A stretch of DNA of 62,406 bases, the filler included, from Vannella sp. (Eukaryota): the NCBI GenBank assembly GCA_023345925.1. It is 8 parts of 8 records of this genome, joined end to end, with 100 filler letters (N's around TTAATTAATTAA, not from the genome) between each part and the next. Parts side by side here need not be neighbours in the genome. Positions count along the whole stretch, not along the records: positions 32,935 to 39,289 come from JAJQQN010001223.1; positions 39,390 to 47,190 come from JAJQQN010000010.1; positions 47,291 to 55,817 come from JAJQQN010001128.1; 5 more parts are not named here. One strand, given 5' to 3'. This document shows positions 34,444-47,476 of this stretch, piece after piece. The first letter of the stretch is position 1. Every line of letters starts with the position of its first letter. The position numbers and the translations under genes were made by a program. Under the pieces are notes generated by a model. That model was given only the letters and a program-made list of their open reading frames with translations. It ran no database searches and was not told where the DNA came from.

Positions 34444-36048
34444 ATGAAGCAGGTCATGGTTGCGGGAGGTGGTATCTCGGGACTGGCAGCGGCTTTGTCC
34501 CTCCTGCGGGGCAGTTCTCAGTTGAAAGTGACTTTGGTGGAGAAGTCTGAGCGCGTGGGAGGTTGGCTTCATACAGAGGTGCAAGATGGCTGCTGGTCAG
34601 ACACTGGTCCTCGTAGTATCCGAGTACAAGGAGGAGAGCAGACCTTATCGATCCTAAAGGAGATCGGCCTGACGCCTCTCCCCGCCAACAGGTCAAGCAA
34701 AGGTCGTTTTGTGTTCTATTCAGGGCGCAAAGGAGTCCCTCCAAGCATCCAGGCCTTGCCTTCCGGGGCGACCAGCCTTCCCTCACTCTTCCCTTCCCTT
34801 CCGATGTGGTCTGAAGTGATCTACACGCAAGTGAGTGTCCCAGTTACCTTCATGACGCCTCTGATCGGCCTAACCTTGCTCAGATCAAGAGGAGTATGAA
34901 GAACACAGGTTCCCTCCCTTCCTCAGGGGCCACCATCGACCAGTTCCTCACAGAACAGTTTGGAGAGAGTCTTGCACGTAAGCTGGGCGCTTCCATGACC
35001 GTTGGCATCTACGCGGGGGACAGTCGACTTTTGGGACTTCAGGAGTGCTTTCCGCGTCTTCACGCGTACTTTCATCGAATTGGACAACCCACGCTTCTTC
35101 GATGTCTACTTAAGAGTGCTCTACCTTCTGGATCAGGTTCAGATCAACCTACTGGCCGAGATCACAAAGTGGAGATCTCGGAAGAGCTTCGTGCGGTCGG
35201 TATGTACTCCTTCCCTCGTGGACTACAACAGCTACCAGACCACATAGTCTCTTACCTTCAAGAGAACTACCCTGATCGGTTCCAGCTTCATCTGAATACG
35301 TCCATTATGGAGATTGAAAAGTCTCTTGGTCAGGAAGGTCTCTCCATCGGGTTGGAAGGGGCTCATTCAAGCTCCCAGAAGATCTGCCATCTCTTTAACT
35401 CGCTCCCTGCCAAGGCTACAGCTCAAATACTCGAGCAATCAAAGTCACTTGGAGATACTTCACATTCACAGAAACTCCTCCGGTCCATTCCTACCGTGGA
35501 CGTAGCTGTCATTCAATTGGCATGGGAAGGGACAATACCAATGTCACACAAAGGATTCGGTTACTTGGTGGCCCCGGAAACCAACCAGAAGATTCTCGGT
35601 GTCACCTTTGACAGCCAAAACTTCCCCGAGCACCTTCAAGGCCAACAGCAGACCCGTATGACGGTGATGATGGGAGGTGCTCCTTCTTTGGGAATGCGCC
35701 TGGAAGATTACTCGCTCTCCGACCTGAAATCAATGGCAAGCGAAACTGTCCAACGCCACCTCCAACTATCAGAACCACCTACCAGCATTCACGGGCACGT
35801 ATACAAGCAAGCAATCCCTCAGTATTACGTAAGCCTCCTCCAGGAACTGGACTGAAAGCGAACTTGAACTGACTTGGACTCAGGTGGGACACAACCGGAC
35901 TGTTAAAGACATTGAAATGCAAATGTCAGAGACGTTCTCATCGCATATGAGCTTATTGGGGAACAGCTATTACGGAGTCAGCATCAACGACTGCATTCGG
36001 CACGGCACAGAAATTGGAAAACGTTTCTGTGAGAAAGAGAAGAGCTAA
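34444..36048 (+). CDS. PPOX: Protoporphyrinogen oxidase, 2 introns
   Basis: GGGISGLAAA, RVGGW, GPRSIR, GIYAGD, GFGYLV, LGVTFDS, AIPQY and GVSINDCI. Confidence 0.93.
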
Positions 36049-36142
36049 GGAGGGATGGACAGGAGGAGACTGATAATAACAAGAAAGTAAAATGATATTC
36101 CGAAGGGCGCCTTGGCTGCTATGTACAAGGGAACGGCGTGGT

Positions 36143-37605
36143 TCAATGGTGATCATGAAGAGGCGAACCGCGCGTGTATGTCGTGCGGGGCGAGTGGAGA
36201 GGAGAAGGATACCCATTATGTCGAGGAGAAAGGGATTGGTAACCAGGAGGATGCATCGGGGACAAAGGAGGAGTCCTTTCGCGAGGGGAATGTGTCTTGA
36301 AGGACACACTTAATCGTTTCGAGCCCATGCAGCGTCCGTTCATCGCGAGAGCGCGTTCTGCGTCAGCTAAATGAGTGAAAAGGACGAATCCGTACCCTTT
36401 AGACTCTCCTGTTGCCTTGTCCATCATCACTTTGGCACTTTCAATCGAACCGTACTCGGAGAACATGGACTCCAGTGCTTGATCGTCTGTTTCAGGTGGT
36501 AGATGGAAGACGAACAGGTTAGAGTCCTTCACCTCTCCTCGAGGGGAGACTTCCAACGAATGTAGATTGAGATGGAACGGATTTAACGGTGCCATGACGG
36601 GAGGCATCATCAAGGGTGGCATATGCATGGGTACTGGTGGCCCAAAAGAGGGTGTAACATACATCCCAGTTGGTATGCCATACGGGTACCCCATTGGGTC
36701 AACCATCACCATGGGAACCATGTGCGGGGCCCCGTAAGGGTCCATCATGGGCATGTGTGGGGCGTAGGGATCCATCATAGGCATCTATAGGGTGTTAGAG
36801 ACTCCAATCATACTCAATCATACTATCCTACATAGCATTGAGCTACTGGGGAACTAGGAGAGTTGAAACGACGGGAAAGGCGCGGAGATTCCACGTATCG
36901 CACAGAAAGGGGCTCCTCTTGGTCACCAAGGGCAGCTCCATTCATGTTCTTAATGACCTCATCTGCCACTTGGCGACTCCCAAATCGCAGCACGCCGGTT
37001 CGACCAGCAACACCGCGAGGAGAAGAAGCCGGACTCCCCAAAGCTGTCTCTCCGACAATCCTGCACTCCAGCAGCTCTCCAAAGCTTCCAAACAACTTGG
37101 TGAGAGTTTCTTCGATCTCCATCAGTGTCCGTATCAACAGGAGTACCCCGTCGTACCTTCTGTGGCTCCCAAAGGAAGAGGACGGACTTGGACGCTTGTA
37201 TACTTGCTGGGAAGGTTCGAAAGCTTGCACAAAAGAGTGCGGTCGCCAACCCTCTTTCGTGAGAGGTTATCAATCGCACTCTGAGCCTCCTCCGGTTGCT
37301 CAAAGCGAACAAATCTGCGTGGAAGTGTGAGAGATCGTAAGAGAGGAAGAGAACGCCTACCCGTAGCCCAGACTACTTCCTGTGCGAGGATCAACCATAA
37401 CCTTAACACTAAGAATAGTCCCATACGGTGCAAACAGCTCACGAAGTTGCAACTCGCCAAAGTGGTGAGGAAGGTACTTCACGAACACGTTGCAAACATC
37501 CACATCCCCTCCACGCGGTGACGCAGGTTCATCTGGTGCAACCCCCACCTGCTTCCCCACTTCTAGAGAGACTACCGCACTTTCAGGCTCTACGGGCGAC
37601 TGCAT
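36143..37605 (-). CDS. ELAV/Hu-like three-RRM RNA-binding protein
   Basis: RRM1 NVFVKYLP...SLGYG|FVRF, a divergent RRM2, a Met/Pro-rich linker, and RRM3 NLFVFHLP...SKGYGFV. Confidence 0.85.
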
Positions 37606-37742
37606 GAGCCGGCCGAGCAGAGAAATGCCAAAAATGGGGTTGCTAGGACCATTGTCGGGTCCGTAGGGTATGAAGAAGAGATATACACGTTGTTAATGTT
37701 CTTCGCTCTCGCAGTGAGGGAGAGAGGAATTTGGCGGGAAAA

Positions 37743-39273
37743 TCACAGATTGGTAATACGGTCCGCAAAGGACTCTAGGGAGTCAATGAGGTCATCGAGA
37801 TACTCGCTTTGTTGTTCACTTGATTGATAGGAGGCGGTGGAAAGTCGGCTCGCGGCAGATTGGGATAACAAGGAGGCACTCAGACACATTTGTACTAACT
37901 CGTCCAACTCATCAGGGTCGGAGTTACCGCTGGACTGGCCGATTGAACTACTTGTTTTCCACGCGGCTGTGTCACTCACGAGGAAGGAGTTCTCAAGCGC
38001 CGTTTGAGATCCCGAACGAGAGTGTAAAGTTGTTCCCACCCGCTTTGGTAAGCTTGAAGACAGTACTGAGTCTTCCTTAAAGGGAGAAACAGAGAGTAGA
38101 AGTGGTTTTGAGTTTCCACTTGCTTCTGAGCGGCTTGTCGAAAGGCGGGGAGAGTTTTGATAAATAGTGCTTCCTGCGAAAGAGTTGGTAGTAGCGTTGG
38201 AAGACTTTGGCTTCCTTAGCGTTGTCCCTATGAAAAGATCTTCTAAGTGAGGTGTAGGGGATCCTTCGGGTCGACCTCTAGGGTGGCCAGGTGCAAAGTT
38301 GCCCCCATGGAATCCTGAAAGGTTTGGAAGGGAGCCACTTCCTGGTGATGGTCTCCACTTCACGAAAGACTCTCCACGGAAGGGAGGAGAACCGAATCGA
38401 TTCGCCATGTCAGGAAGAGTGGAGGGAAGAAGAGTCGGAGAGCTCAATTGGAGACTTGGTTGATAGTCTTCAATAATGGTGGGGACGTTTTTAGGTGCGC
38501 TAGATACCAGACCATTCGTGTCCAAGCGGTAGCACACTTGTATACACACAGAGCCAAGGCCCACATCAATCTTCTTAAACTGATAGCGAGTCACACGATC
38601 TACTCAGTCATTATTAGCCTTCTGTTCACACCAGGAGAGCCCCTTACGCATATTAAACGCTGGGTCTTGCTCCAACGCCCCACTAGAAGTGCTAGATCCA
38701 CTGACTCCGCCAATATCAATTTTGGTGACGACAGTCCCAAGCTTATCCTTCTGAGCTTGCCGGAGGAATCTGTAGGTTGGCACTATCGTAAGGCTACTAA
38801 TAATTGACCGGAGCAATGTCCTCAGAGCGGCTCTGTACCGCTTAGGCTCCAAGTAGGCTGTGCCACGTGTTTCCCTAAAAGCAAGAGGAAGTAAGACCTT
38901 TCCGGTACTTGATGAGCCTGAAACATACCTGCTAAGGAACAGGGTCCACTTCTCTAATAGCGCAAGGGGTTTGGCGTTGTCGCGCGAGCGAAAGTAAACC
39001 TGAATGGATAAAGGAACGTCGCGTAAGACCTCCCAGCCCAGCAGCGCAGCCTTGTGTTGGAAAATAGGGTTTTCGAAGGAGTGCTATCGTAAGTCAGCTC
39101 ACCGCGCCACTCCCTCCCAATGATCGCACCAAGTCGCTGTCTCCTGTGGACAGTGGATGATCGTGCTTCTCCTCCTCACTCTGCCGAAGATGGATCACGT
39201 GAATAGCGATCTTATCAAGGCCGTGCTTCAGCCGAGCCCGCAAGTCCGCCATATCCCGCGTTGAAAGGGCCAT
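37743..39273 (-). CDS. ATG13: Autophagy protein ATG13 (HORMA domain plus Ser-rich disordered tail), multi-exon
   Basis: LLEKW, YRAALRTLLRSIISSLTIVPTYR, GSVCIQVCYR, then a long S/P-rich region and DELVQMC-type C-terminal motif. Confidence 0.72.
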
Positions 39274-39289
39274 GTTTGGGGAAATGGGG

Positions 39290-39389
39290 NNNNNNNNNNN
39301 NNNNNNNNNNNNNNNNNNNNNNNNNNNNNNNNNTTAATTAATTAANNNNNNNNNNNNNNNNNNNNNNNNNNNNNNNNNNNNNNNNNNNN
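39290..39389. other. Artificial contig linker
   Basis: N44-TTAATTAATTAA-N44. Confidence 0.98.
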
Positions 39390-41887
39390 CTGCTAGCGTG
39401 TGTGTGCATCTTTTCAATGCTTTGTTGGAGCTTTCTCCCTCAAAAGGGGCGGTCTGGAAGGCGGTGTTGCAAGTGATCATCCCTGGAAGTGTTGCTTGGT
39501 GGAGCAGGCTCAAGGTCCACTCTCATTGTCCTTGTGCGGAGATGCTTGACCGAGGGAATCCACCAGAGCATGTCTATTACGTCTCTGCAGAGCTTCAGAC
39601 TTGGATCAACCCCAAGGAAAGTGCCCCAGGAGCCAGACCCACCCTCCTTTCCCCAACAGTACTTTCGTTGGGCAATCTGTCACTCGTCTGGCCTGTAAGG
39701 GCCGATCGAGTGATCTTGCGTGAGGAGAGATCTTCAAGATCAACACCAATCATCTCTCGTTATGCGCGGGCGATCCTTCTGGATCGAATAATCGTGCTTG
39801 GCGCCACTTTAGCAGTGAATGGGGCATCCAGCCCGATCCTAACGGTGGCTGATATCTTTCCAAGTGACCAATGCGTGATAGTTACTTCTAACACAATGAT
39901 TGAGATCGAATCAGGTGGCCTTGGCGAGAAAAAGGAGGAAACAGATGTGAGCGCGTCCTTTCCTCCTGAAACTCCGACACTGGTCTCTTCAAACGAGCTT
40001 CAAAGGCTCAATCAACTGTTTGTCCTCGTTCAAGAGTGGCAGATGAGCTTCCCTCGGTCTCCTTTCAGCCCTCCTAGCGGAGTTTTGCTGAAAGGCACAA
40101 GCGAATGCCGTCAGTGAGTGACGCTTTCCACTATTCTGCCTCATCAGTAGATAACAGACCCTTAGAATAGTGGACTCTTTAATAAGAGAACATCGAGCGC
40201 ACTTGGAAGTCTTTGAAACAGCGGATGCCAATGCACTCTTTGTTGGAGAGAGCGAAGAGAACCTCCGGGAATCGTTCCGAAGAGCCCAAATACCTCTCAC
40301 TGATCACTCTCTTTCTGTTCTGTTTATCGATGGGCTCGTGAGTTGTCTGATTCAATTCGTCTTTTCTTCTAACTTGGACTTGAAGGAGAGAATCTGTGGG
40401 AAGCGAGGGGAGCTTGCTGAAACTCATAGCAATCGATTGGTTGGTCAGCTACTAACTCTGATGGATGGTATCAATACTTCGAAAGGGACAGGACAAGAGC
40501 AAAGGATGGCGCCGATTCTGGTCGTTGCTTCGACTGAAGATCCAAATCGCCTTGATGAAGCTCTTCGTCGTTCTGGCCGATTTGATTACGAGATTTGGGT
40601 GGGAACTGATCTCCAAGGGCCCCAAGCTATCCAACAGAGGGAGAACATTCTCTCTCAATTACTCTCTCAAGTCCCCCTTCATTCTTCTCTCCAAGATACT
40701 CTTCCTATTGCCGTCCGTAGGTTACCCTTAGTAGCTTATATTTAGTTTAACTGTCAACAGGGCAAGTGGCAGAGGCTGCAAAAGGGTTCAGCTCTCAAGA
40801 TTTACAGAATTTATACGGTGAAGCTGTTTGCACCCGTTTAAGAGCCATCCAATCCCATCCAGAGATGGAATTTAAGCTTCATGGAAGTGATTTGCAAGAC
40901 GCATTGCATGTGATCCGCCCAAGCAACAAACCCAAAGGAAAAACAGTTCAACCTGTTCTTTGGTCTGACATTGGAGGGCTAGAGGACACCAAAGAGCTTT
41001 TGAGGAGAGTCATTGAGTGGCCACTCCGTCATGCAGCACAGTTTTCCCGAATGAATCTGCCAGTTCCAAAAGGAATCCTCCTCTATGGACCTCCAGGATG
41101 CTGTAAAGTAGGTAGACTTGGTATTGAAAGCTCGCGAGCCTAATACAGCAACCAGACTACCCTGGTGAAAGCCGCAGCGCATTCATCAAAAGCGTCCTTC
41201 TTGAGTTTGAACGGAGCTGAGATCTATTCTCCTTTCTTGGGTGCCTCAGAAAGCATTATTCGAGATACTTTCAAGCAAGCTCGTGCAATGCAACCGTGCT
41301 TGGTATTCATTGATGAGATTGAAGCAGTTGTTGGCAAACGGGAGGAAAACCAATCTGAATCGAGTGGAATCCAACAAAGGATTCTGAGCACCCTTTTAAA
41401 CGAACTTGATGGAGTCGGCACTGCTGACGGCCAAGCAGAGGGAACTCACGTCATTTTAGTGGCCGCCACAAATCGTCCGGATAGGATCGACAGTGCGCTC
41501 CTGCGTCCTGGGCGATTAGATCAGTTAGTCTACGTCCCCAGGCCCTCTTCTCAAGAGAGGACAGAGATTCTGCGAGTGAAAGCTTCGCGTTTACCTCTGG
41601 CTCAAGAAATAGATCTTCAGGAGCTTTCCGCTCTTTGTGAAGGCTTTACAGGAGCAGACTTGGAGAACCTTTGCCGTGAAGCTGCGTTGATATCGCTCCA
41701 AGAGAACATCCATTCTATTCAAGTTGTAAGTCATTTTGAATCAGATTGCGGATTCGTTAACCTTTTGCCAAAGAATCTCTCGCATTTTACCAGCGCTCTG
41801 GCCCAATTGAAAGATTCCGCCTCGTTAGTAGGAACTCTTGGAACAGATGACACTTATATCGCGTTTATGAATAACTCTCAGTCCTGA
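39390..41887 (+). CDS. AFG2B: CDC48-family double-AAA ATPase, AFG2B/SPATA5L1-like, probably 5' truncated
   Basis: D2 has WSDIGGLE, GILLYGPPGCCK|TTLVK, IYSPFLGASE, FIDEIE and ATNRPDRIDSALLRPGRLD. D1 is degenerate. Confidence 0.8.
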
Positions 41888-42133
41888 TCAGGAGTGAAGA
41901 GGCGGGAAACTCCCACATTATTCGCATTCCGCAATGAACACAAACGTTGTCACCACCTCATGAGAGCCTTTCACTGAAGATAATGTCACACTACAGCAAA
42001 TTTCTTAGGTCTCAATTCCAAGTCTGATAGGTTGATAGTGTTGAAGCCTTCAACAAAGGTTGAGGAAGGAAGTGTATTCTCGCGACTGACAATGCTCCTC
42101 CTTAGGAATGGATTTGAAATTGAACAAGAACAT

Positions 42134-45103
42134 TTAATCAGTGATTTCGATGGTAATTTTGTCGTCCATACGATGACGGCGGAGAATGCGGATGCGAACT
42201 TCAACGAGGATGACTGAGCACAAGACAATGCAGATGGCTGTGCCGACAAGAGCAGCAGAGATGTAGGAAAGAATGAATCCCTGACTGGAAGCGCTTGCGC
42301 AGGGATCCTCATTCTTCCCTGTTCGGCCGCCACTTCCGCCCAGCAACAATGCAAAGTTGGTCAGATGGTCGACCGTCCCACAGAGGCTCCCGTTGATGGC
42401 TCTCAGGCATGGATCATCGCACACCCACTTGCGTTTGAGTTCATCGAAGGAGCCCAAGCACGGACCTTTGGTGGCCTTGTTGGTGCCGTTCTTCGAAGAG
42501 GAAAAGCAAATCGAAAGAGGAGCAGCGGGCTGGATGAGTTCACCGTTAGATGACAAAACAATGTTGACTACAGATGATCCCAAACTGCCTCCACCTTCAG
42601 CAATGGCCTCTGCATCCCCCTCCTTGACTTGAAGGGTTGTGTTCGCATCCAAACCGCTCACTTGAACCGAAACTGAGTCTCCGCCGGATAACACCACTTG
42701 CACATATCCTTTGGCAATGAAGGAGGGAGAAGATGAGGGAGAATCCGATCCCAGAAAAGAGGATGGAAACTCAGATTCCTCAACCGCGCTAACTGAGGCA
42801 AGAAGGGTCTCTGGACCGAGGCTGATTTCAATGGAAGAGATTGCCGCACTTTCCTTTGAGGTCTCCTTCACAGACTCTAATTGCGTCCCTATAGTGGCTG
42901 ATGTGGAAAAGGAAGGATCGAGACCAGGTAAAGAAGGAGTTTTGGGCGGAACATCGGAAGGAATTGCCGTTCTTCTGAGAGAACTGCTCGAGGTCATAAG
43001 AAGGGAGGAAAGATCGGTGAAGGAGATCGAAGGAGTTACCGTTAACGCACTGAAGACTAAGGGAGAGCTACTTGCGATGGAAGAAATTGATGCGCTGAGA
43101 CTTGGCGTTGCTGAAGGAGTATCTGAGGCTGACGGGGATCCAGAAGGAGCTGGATAAAGTGATTCAGAGATGGTCACAGAAGCTGTGTTGCTCGCTGTCA
43201 CTGCAGAAGACTCAGAAGCAGTAATTGAAGGAGACCCAGAAGCGGTCAGAGAAGGAGACTCAGAAGTTGTCTCTAAAGGAGACTTAGAAGCAGCAAATGA
43301 AGGATACTCAGAAGTGGTCAGTGAAAGGGACTCAGAAGCGGTCAGTGAAGGAAATTCAGAAGTGGCCAGTGAAGGAGACTTCAAAGGAGACTCAGAAGCA
43401 CTCCCTGAAGGAGATTCAGAAGCACTCCCCGAAGGAGATTCAGAATCAGCAGCTGAAACAGTGTTTGTTGGAGTGAGCCTGGGGTAGGTTGTGGGGCTGT
43501 ATGACGCAGATAGACTTGCTGTTAGAGTCTCACTGCGAGATTCGGAAGACGAAGCCGTGGAGGCTCTTGCAGTAATTGTTGGAGTCTCCGTAGGGTTGTA
43601 GGAGGGAATTTTAGACATTCCTTCTGAAGGAGTCAAACTCGGAGTCCCCGAGCTGGTCTGGGAAAGGCTGACGGAATGCGTTGAAGTGACTGATTTTGAA
43701 GATGAAGGCGATTCTGAAGGAGAAGGAGTGCTAGTCAGAGTTGGAGTGCCTGGTTTTCTGATGCAATTGTATCCAAATGATGTCATCGCTAAAGACTCTC
43801 CGGCATCGTTCACAAAGCCTATGAAGTGGAAGGAGAGAGGTTCTGTACAACCTTTGATTCCAGAGAAATCATTTTGGAAGCAAAAAGGGGTTGGAGTCTT
43901 CGAATCCACAACGTCATAGAACGCACCGTCTTCCCCAATCCCGCGGAACAGGATGTGAGACGCTTTCGGGAGAGTTCCCTGGAACTTAATAGCGCTTCGG
44001 CACTCCAAATCTCCACAACAAAGAAGAATGCCGAATACGTCAGACACCTTTTTGAAAGGAGATTGACTGGAGCTATCCAGTTGCTGGCTAACAGATAACT
44101 CCACACGCATTTGGATGGGGAATTGAAGGTCGCACTCACTGAGCGCTGGATCAGTCCACTTAGCTTCCGAAGTAGATGTATCCGGAGAAAAGCACAGCAA
44201 ACTCCGATGAGGAGCGAGGTCACTACAATCGACGTTAACTAAGCATCCCAACCGTAAGCCACGTACGTGCACAGACTACAGGGTTTTGTAGTAGGAACAG
44301 CTTGTTGTTGGCAAAGACCTTTTGATGGCATTGAGATAGTGAGACCCCCCAAGGGAGCAAAGTTATAATTTGAGACCTCGCAAGGCCTAACAGGCGGTTT
44401 GTTACACTCAATCGTCAGCTTTTCGATGGCAATCAACTCGTCGTCATGTGAAGTAGCAGAGCCGAACCGGAAACGCAGATTCTCTTCCAGACAGGTTGAG
44501 AGAGAAGAGGTCACTTCAATCGAAGAGCAAATGAACTGGTTTGTACCTTTGATTATGATGTTGTTTGTGGCCTTGAACTGGTCTGTGCCGTCACCTATAA
44601 ACGTGTAGAATTCTTCACATGGAGAAGGCCCTTCAATGCAGCACAAAGAGAGACTGAACTTATCACCACTTTCCATTCCTCCGTTCACCCCGATAAACGT
44701 CTTCACACTCAGAGTGGACCCAACTTCTAACCCCAAAGAGCACCCAAGGATGGACCATTGCACGTCTGCGAGGTCTGCCAAGGGTGTTATAGAGCCGCTC
44801 TCCCTGCTTTCCGGTGGCATGCAGATGTGCGAGGTTTCGTACAATGTTCTGCTCAGTTCAGTAAGTGGGGAGGCTACAATGAAAGGCAACTCACCCGCAC
44901 ACGCATCCTGCAGCTGTGTTGGGGCAAAGCTCTGGGAACACGAAGTTGGTTGTCACTGGACCTTGCTTTCGTGAGATCGCATTCGCCCCAATCAGACTCA
45001 GGGAACCATTGCCACATGGACCAGGAGACGGAAGCCCCTTCACCACCACCCAGCAACACGCTATTACTATCCACAAAAGCAACGCTGGGGAGAGAGCCGC
45101 CAT
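42134..45103 (-). CDS. Single-pass surface protein: signal peptide, Cys-rich domains, Ser/Thr stalk, GPS motif, TM; 2 introns
   Basis: Three ORFs joined by GTGAGT...CAG and GTACGT...TAG introns. Contains WVC...LCGTVDHLTNFALL, then TM ILSYISAALVGTAICIVLCSVILV and a short basic tail. Confidence 0.8.
43195..43447 (-). repeat. Coding 24-bp repeat (xTASESPS octapeptide), about 10 copies
   Basis: Plus-strand units GAAGGAGAYTCAGAAG recur every 24 bp, with one 12-bp offset. Confidence 0.85.
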
Positions 45104-45283
45104 CCGGTTGTTGTGCGAAGGGGCCTGAAAGTTTGTATTCTCGAAACCTCCATTTTTCAGATGCCTCAGAGATCATTCTTTTGAAGGCTTTGATGGGTCC
45201 TGTTGAAAGCTAACTGAACTTCAAAGGGGAAATACCGGACGGCCGATTCAAGGAAAAGGACGTCTGGTCTACGGGCTGCTAGT

Positions 45284-46711
45284 TTATGCATCTCCAGGCC
45301 TTGGTTTGATTTGAAGGGGCAGTTCTTTGTCCAGTATCGTTTGGAGGGAGTTCAAATTGACAAGGAAGTTGTCCGCGGTGACTTCCGGGATGGTGTAAAA
45401 AGTGTGCCCAAGAAAGCTGCTGGCGCGTTGAGGCACTTGGTGCCACGTCACCATCGAGTGGTTGCTCAAAAGATCTGTGAACTCAACAACCAATGTCCCT
45501 GGCAAGCAAAAGAAGGTATTATACATGCTGCCGCCGTGCGGCCCAATCACAGCGCGGGCCGCATTAAATATGTGAGTGACATCCAAAGCAGGATAGTGTT
45601 GGGAATGGAATACAAGCAACTCTTCTCCTTGGTCGCGTTTGACTAAATGATTCCTGATGACTTCGAGGACGGCTTCTTCATTCAACACGTATCGATGTTG
45701 GTTCCGAGTTGCCTCTTTTGTTCGCGCTGCGTAAATAATCAGCTTTCGTGGAGCGGGAAGCACTCGTATGCCAAGGAAAGTTTGCATTCTCCGCCAATGA
45801 TAAGGATGCATGGTGGGCGTGTGACATCCGTTGTGGAGGACTGTCACACCGCCAAGACCCGGCCTGAACGCACAAAAACTTTGTAAATTTTGAGCCGAAG
45901 GCACGTCGCAGGTCCACTTTCGAGCGCTCTTCGGCTCAACAACAAGAGCAATGTTGTCCGGGAGAAAGTCGAGCCATTGGACTAGCTTCGGGAAGGCACC
46001 GTCCAAAAAGTGCTGGAAGCTCCCTGACTCGAGGCCTCGAAGAAACACCGCTTCCATTGGGCCATCAACGAAGGGATTGGCCACTTGCGGACCCAAAGTA
46101 GTGAGTTCAGTCCAATTCGTTTTGACATTCTCGCACGTCCGATCACGCCGGGATGGCACTGATCCGTCAATCCTGAAGGAGATTAACATTCCCTTTGTGT
46201 CCTCTTCTCTGTCGAAGAAGGTTCCGGCTCGAATGTCACTAAATGTCGGATTCTTCTTGCAAGGAGAGTTCAATCGGGTGACACAAGTGGATGTTTGCGT
46301 GACCAGTGTTGAGAAGGAGGTGTTATAAGCATTCATCCATAGTTCTCTCTCTTCTAGGGAGGCAAAGAGGGGATGAGGAACGAAGAAGGGAGGAAAGTGG
46401 AGCTCTTTGTAGTTCACAACTTTCTTGCAATCCCCCTCCAGCATGGCCTCGCAAGGGTCGAGAGAGATCTCTGTTGGAGCTAGGTGCTGGTATGCCTTGA
46501 TGATTGGCAGCTTCTCCCACCTGATCTCCCACCAGGGAGGCAGTGTCTCATTGGAAGTGAACACCGCCTCAGGCTCCGGCTCTATCGACAAGTGCGGCAT
46601 CTCCTCACGAAAGTGTGTTTCCCTGGTCACCAACAGAGAGCTGGCCACGATTGATCCCAAAGCGAACAACCCCAAAGCCAGCAGCAGCCAAACCGCCTTC
46701 CCCGGTCCCAT
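45284..46711 (-). CDS. Type II membrane glycosyltransferase family 61 (DUF563)
   Basis: N-terminal TM anchor, FQHFLD, RYVLNEEAV and AVIGPHGGSMYNTFFC...VVEF. Confidence 0.85.
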   Translation of the reverse strand: MGPGKAVWLLLALGLFALGSIVASSLLVTRETHFREEMPHLSIEPEPEAVFTSNETLPPWWEIRWEKLPIIKAYQHLAPTEISLDPCEAMLEGDCKKVVNYKELHFPPFFVPHPLFASLEERELWMNAYNTSFSTLVTQTSTCVTRLNSPCKKNPTFSDIRAGTFFDREEDTKGMLISFRIDGSVPSRRDRTCENVKTNWTELTTLGPQVANPFVDGPMEAVFLRGLESGSFQHFLDGAFPKLVQWLDFLPDNIALVVEPKSARKWTCDVPSAQNLQSFCAFRPGLGGVTVLHNGCHTPTMHPYHWRRMQTFLGIRVLPAPRKLIIYAARTKEATRNQHRYVLNEEAVLEVIRNHLVKRDQGEELLVFHSQHYPALDVTHIFNAARAVIGPHGGSMYNTFFCLPGTLVVEFTDLLSNHSMVTWHQVPQRASSFLGHTFYTIPEVTADNFLVNLNSLQTILDKELPLQIKPRPGDA

Positions 46712-46866
46712 CCTTCCAGTTGAATGATCCGAACAAACAATTCGAAAACAAAAACAGATCTCAGTCAATCTGATGAGCTAATTGCGTTTGTTTTGAAAAG
46801 ATTCCTTTCTCGCACTAATCGCGTAATAATGGGACTCCGGCTGCTCGTTGTTCTGTCGCCTTGCGG

Positions 46867-47190
46867 ATGAGGCGTGATCTGCTCGTTGTGCTGGTGCTGG
46901 CCTGCGCACTGAGCACGACTACATGGCTATTCTACACGTATGAACACTTTAACACTCCACAATGGACAGGAGGTGTCTCCCAGCCTCCCTGTGTGTGTCA
47001 TCTTCCTCCAGCTGCGGAGAACCCGGAACCGGAGAGGGAGATACCAGGAGCTCAAGAACCAGGGTCCAAGACGCCAGAAGCAGAGAAACCAGGGGCAAAG
47101 ACACCAGAAGCGGAGAAACCAGCAGACAAGGCACTAGAAGCAAAGGTACCAGAAGCTGAGAAACCAGAAACCAAGACACCTGAAGCCGAG
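46867..47190 (+). CDS. Type II membrane protein with PEAEKP stem repeats, 3' truncated
   Basis: MRRDLLVVLVLACALSTTTWLFY anchor followed by 10-aa (30-bp) repeats KTPEAEKPGA running into the linker. Confidence 0.7.
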
Positions 47191-47290
47191 NNNNNNNNNN
47201 NNNNNNNNNNNNNNNNNNNNNNNNNNNNNNNNNNTTAATTAATTAANNNNNNNNNNNNNNNNNNNNNNNNNNNNNNNNNNNNNNNNNNNN
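47191..47290. other. Artificial contig linker
   Basis: N44-TTAATTAATTAA-N44. Confidence 0.98.
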
Positions 47291-47476
47291 GTGCACGAGG
47301 TGGAACCACGTTGAACGTGGTAATCGGCAGCACTTGCCTGATCGAGTGAGGGAAGAACGATGGCCCACGTATCCACTCCGGCCTCCTTGCGCAAGAAGGA
47401 GGAAGCGGGTTCCCTAATTAAACCCCGTTTTTCCACAAAAACAAAACAAATTAAATGTCATTCTTTTGCTGGGCTA

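Noticed and set aside
44891..44893. In-frame TGA after GCVCG (and similar GTGAG cases) as possible readthrough or alternative genetic code
   Set aside because: These TGAs are part of GTGAGT donor sites. TAA, TAG and TGA all serve as normal stops elsewhere in the window.
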